Origin: Macrostomum lignano
Taxonomy: Eukaryota
Assembly (NCBI GenBank): GCA_002269645.1
Contig: NIVC01002204.1
Span: 124,001 to 188,000, forward strand
Direction: 5' to 3'
DNA: 64,000 bases
The notes beneath the pieces are model-generated. The model was given only the letters and a program-made list of their open reading frames with translations. It was not told where the DNA came from and ran no database searches. Numbering within the stretch: position 1 is the stretch's first letter; each line of letters starts with the position of its first letter. A program made the position numbers and the translations under genes. Positions 60,795-64,000 of this stretch are shown in pieces.

Positions 60795-63700
60795 TTCTGG
60801 TGGTTTCAAAAAAAACGATAGCCAATTTTCTTAGTAGAAATAGTAAAACAGTACAGAATATTTTTGTTGAAAGAAACTGGCGAGGTTTTATGGGATTTTT
60901 TATCCCAGAATTTCTCTTCCTCTCGGCCTCCCTAACCTCCGGTTCCCGTCTCTCATATTAATTCTCTAAATTGTGTTTGCCAAAGGCTGCTGGTGGGGTT
61001 GGCCATGGGGTTGACGTCTCAACGTTGGCTTTCAATTAAAGGCTTATGGCTATTGGTTAATTTTATTATGAGGTGATATTTCCTGGAAAATGGGAATGCG
61101 ATCGAGAAGAGAAATAGGAGAAGACTATAAATTGTAGTTAAGGCAGCTCCGCCTCGGACCCATGGCTTAATTCGACAAAAATTCTTCTTCCTCTTCCCCA
61201 CCGTCCACCGACTCTTCAGTGGCCTCCTCTCCCGTCGATCAATAAATGCGCGAATTGGCTAGTAGAATCTATATCAAATTTTAGCTACTTTAATTTACAG
61301 TGCTACTTTCGGTTTATCCTACTGATAAGGGGACAAGTAGGCTAAATTGAACCTTGCTACTTTAATGTTTTGGGAAGCATAAAATTTCAGAATGTTAAAT
61401 ATTTAGCTGCGTTTAAATTTGATTTTTTATTCAGGATAGATTGATGGGACGCTAGATCGATGTGATGATAGATGGGATAATAGATCGATGGGACAGTAGA
61501 TCGATGGGATAATAGATCGATGGGACAGTAGATTTATGGGATAATAGATCGATGGGATAATTGATCGATGGGATAATATATCGATGGGATAATAGATCGA
61601 TGGGATAATAGATCGATGGGATAATTGATCGATGGGACAGTAGATCGATGGGATAATAGATCGATGGAATAATAGATCGATGGGATAATTGATCGATGGG
61701 ACAGTAGATCGATGGGATAATAGATCGATGGGATAATAGATCGATGGGATAATAATAGTTCGATGGGATAATAATAGATCGATGGGATAATAATAGATCG
61801 ATGGGATAATAATAGATCGATGGGATAATTGATCGATGGGACAGTAGATCGATGGGATAATAGATCGATGGGATAATAGATCGATGGGATAATAATAGAT
61901 CGATGGAATAATAGATCGATGGGATAATTGATCGATGGGACAGTAGATCGATGGGATAATAGATCGATGGGATAATAATAGATCGATGGGATAATAATAG
62001 ATCGATGGGATAATAGATCGATGGGATAATTGATCGATGGGACAGTAGATCGATGGGATAATAGATCGATGGGATAATATATCGATGGGATAATAGATCG
62101 ATGGGATAATAATAGATCGATGGGATAATAATAGATCGATGGGATAATAATAGATCGATGGGATAATAATAGATCGATGGGATAATTGATCGATGGGACA
62201 GTAGATCGATGGGATAATAGATCGATGGGATAATAGATCGATGGGATAATAATAGATCGATGGAATAATAGATCGATGGGATAATTGATCGATGGGACAG
62301 TAGATCGATGGGATAATAATAGATCGATGGGATAATAATAGATCGATGGGATAATAATAGATCGATGGGATAATTGATCGATGGGACAGTAGATCGATGG
62401 GATAATAGATCGATGGGATAATAGATCGATGGGATAATAATAGATCGATGGGATAATAGATCGATGGGATAATTGATCGATGGGACAGTAGATCGATGGG
62501 ATAATAGATCGATATGATAATAATAGATCGATGGGATAATAGACCGATGGGATAATAATAGATCGATGGGATAATAGATCGTTGGGATAATAGATCAATG
62601 AGATAATAATAGATCTATGGGATAATAGATGGAATGGCCTTGGGAAAATAGCCTACAAAACGGTTTGTTGTTGCCCCTCCCAGGGCTGATCCGCGGGTAG
62701 CTCCCGGCTTCCCACCCCGTTTAACAAAACAATTTATAGACATTTGAGGCTTCCGGGAAGTTTGGAATTAAATAACAAAAGAAAGTCGTTTTTCTCATTT
62801 CTCATTTTCTTATACAGTAATAAAATGGTAAGCATCGACTTTAATGGATATCTAGTTCAGCATCAACCCCGATGCATCTTCGAGACCTTCAAAGAGTGGC
62901 AATTACTTTACACAGTTAAAACTGCAATCGCCATTCAAACCACTCGCAGGTGCACGACACTGTAGTCAACCAGCTACTATCGAAAATCGATGGCGTTGAA
63001 ACGCTGAACAACATCCTAGTCATCGGCATGACCAATCGCAAGGACATGATCGACGAGGCCCTGCTCCGTCCGGGCCGCTTCGAGGTGCAAATGGAGATCA
63101 GCCTGCCAGACGAGCACGGCCGGCACCAGATTCTGAGCATTCACACCAGCAAGATTCGCGACAATGGCAAATTATCGCCAGACGTTGACGTGCGCGAATT
63201 GGCAGCCAAGACCAAGAACTTTTCCGGAGCTGAACTGGCCGGGTTGGTGCGCGCGGCTACCGTGACGGCTATGAATCGTTTGGTGCAGGCGTCTGAGAAG
63301 GTTCAGGTGAGACTACTGGTTCACGTATAGTGCCGGAACCAGTATGAATAGGAATTGAAACGGGTTTGTATAAAACGCGTCAACGTGGGACTTTAAGGAT
63401 TGGACTGAAAATCACGAAGGACCAGAGTTTGATTCTCATAGTTCCGTTGTATCGTTAATGAGTCTCAATATGCTGGAAGTTGTCCATGGGATGTCTCGGC
63501 ATGAGAGTCTCTTAGTGAATCGGCATGAGAGTCTCTTAGTGGGTCGGTATGAGAGTCTCTTAGTGGGTCGGTTTGAGAGTCTCTTAGTGGGTCGGTTTGA
63601 GAGTCTCTTAGTGGGTCGGTTTGAGTCTCTTAGTGGGTCGGTATGAGAGTCTCTTAGTGGGTCGGTTTGAGAGTCTCTTAGTGGGTCGGTATGAGAGTCT

Positions 63701-64000
63701 CTTAGTGGGTCGGTTTAAGAGCCGCTTGGTGGGTCGGTATGAGAGTCTCTTAGTGGGTCGGTTTAAGAGCCGCTTGGTGGGTCGGTATGAGAGTCTCTTA
63801 GTGGATCGGCATGAGAGTCTCTTAGTGGGTCGGTATGAGAGTCTCTTCATACCGATCGGTCGGTATAACTCTTATAATCTGGAGATGTCTGGATGAGAAA
63901 CCAGTAGCTCACATGTGTATTTGGATTCGAATATCAAACGCTTCTGGATCTTTAGGTGGACCCGGACGCAATCGAAAAACTTTGCGTCACTCGTCACGAC
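50587..64000 (+). CDS. NSF: N-ethylmaleimide-sensitive fusion protein (vesicle-fusing AAA+ ATPase), 6 exons in window, continues past right edge
   Basis: Exons 50587-50684, 51576-51672, 56566-56687, 58647-59343, 62950-63306, 63956-64000+; GT-AG, phases consistent. Peptides: [45 protein letters not shown], Walker A GPPGTGKT, Walker [44 protein letters not shown]. Confidence 0.97.
51040..51400. repeat. 15/16-bp minisatellite (gaaatctcaacggcta / gaaatctcaatggtg)
   Basis: Alternating variants, in NSF intron 1. Confidence 0.92.
51576..51672 (+). CDS. NSF: NSF exon 2
   Basis: gacag|[33 protein letters not shown]|gtttgt. Confidence 0.9.
52015..52540. repeat. 23-bp diverged minisatellite (gcgccctcctgactctcttcctg)
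   Basis: About 22 copies; core shared with the 34540-35692 array. Confidence 0.9.
53161..53720 (+). repeat. 51-bp perfect tandem array containing the PACRGL start codon, 11 copies
   Basis: gcggttgcactgtaatataaagacaacaagagatcgtcaatcATGagttct; ATGs at 53203+51n, the last being 53713. Confidence 0.97.
53713..54330 (+). CDS. PACRGL: PACRG-like protein (ParcG family), intronless, nested in NSF intron 2
   Basis: 205-aa uninterrupted ORF with PACRGL motifs KPSDRLN, PCRL.HGSV.HRL.W, DPL....A.GL.ETKHPY.F, LLPRL.P.LKAAL, VGP.LN.HL, IIKS.IPTY. Confidence 0.93.
   Translation: MSSSRPSSTGKPSDRLNAQTVPAFGPRGRLTTFQAAYETGLVPCRLQHGSVRHRLSWQQPIDSLDLDPLVVYMAQGLLETKHPYCFLSQQGLQELLTARQAAIQLPSLLPRLVPHLKAALAAPAKQHPNAFEAALKCCTLISAAVGPQLNSHLSSLLPSMARLMVNGSQSSREAIVTALQQFETNGAPEALAIIKSRIPTYTAAI
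54440..55485. repeat. (CT)n-rich polypyrimidine tract
   Basis: About 1 kb, directly downstream of PACRGL. Confidence 0.97.
56566..56687 (+). CDS. NSF: NSF exon 3
   Basis: ttttag|[42 protein letters not shown]|gtacgg. Confidence 0.92.
57712..58500. repeat. 34-bp minisatellite with CCAAT core (gagattctctgattggctacggggtttgtagctt)
   Basis: About 23 copies. Confidence 0.96.
58647..59343 (+). CDS. NSF: NSF exon 4 (D1 AAA domain, Walker A/B)
   Basis: cccag|[12 protein letters not shown]...GSVGGGTQ|gtaaga. Confidence 0.96.
59385..59482. repeat. 21-bp tandem repeat (ccctgacactgaattaggtgt)
   Basis: About 5 copies just after the NSF exon 4 donor. Confidence 0.85.
59953..60797. repeat. (TGTC)n microsatellite with ttagtg interruptions
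   Basis: Reverse complement of the GACA family. Confidence 0.97.
61437..62630. repeat. 16/19-bp minisatellite (tagatcgatgggataa[taa])
   Basis: About 70 copies with recurring variant blocks. Confidence 0.96.
62950..63306 (+). CDS. NSF: NSF exon 5 (D1 SRH and lid)
   Basis: cgcag|[15 protein letters not shown]...ASEKVQ|gtgaga. Confidence 0.96.
63495..63860. repeat. 24-bp minisatellite (gagagtctcttagtgggtcggtat)
   Basis: About 15 copies. Confidence 0.94.
63956..64000 (+). CDS. NSF: NSF exon 6 (partial, truncated by window)
   Basis: tttag|[15 protein letters not shown], matching the NSF VD...L.VTR.DF segment. Confidence 0.88.
   Translation, partial: MDPDAIEKLCVTRHD

Noticed and set aside
61150-61240. 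Acidic peptide [20 protein letters not shown] on the minus strand
   Set aside because: Preceded by an in-frame stop and lacks a credible acceptor or ATG.
61534-62598. 354-aa [10 protein letters not shown] repeat ORF
   Set aside because: 16/19-bp minisatellite in an NSF intron.
63395-63445. tRNA-Phe-like fragment (ggactgaaaatc...gagtttgattctc)
   Set aside because: No acceptor or D stem and a degenerate B box; at most a decayed SINE head.

Overview
Eukaryotic (invertebrate animal) genomic DNA with GT-AG spliceosomal introns. The Q/A/G-rich low-complexity proteins and repeat-filled introns suggest a lophotrochozoan, possibly a free-living flatworm such as Macrostomum; this is inference only. 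I reconstructed four genes by hand with phase-consistent exons. (1) NALCN sodium leak channel, minus strand, 12 exons at 21300->326; domain IV lies off the left edge. Its visible pore residues are E-K-E rather than the vertebrate E-E-K. (2) An A1CF/RBM47-family RNA-binding protein (3 RRM + dsRBD-like domain), minus strand, 8 exons at 44179->31544, with one 1-nt frameshift in a G5 run. (3) NSF, plus strand, 6 exons from 50587 running off the right edge. (4) An intronless PACRG-like (PACRGL) ORF at 53713-54330, nested on the same strand inside NSF intron 2 and preceded by a 51-bp tandem array that repeats its start codon 11 times, giving ten in-frame uORFs (MSSAVAL*). Almost every intron carries its own micro- or minisatellite, and most long ORFs in the supplied track are artefacts of these repeats. 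Two small MITE-like elements lie between A1CF/RBM47 and NSF. No convincing rRNA, tRNA or CRISPR feature was found.
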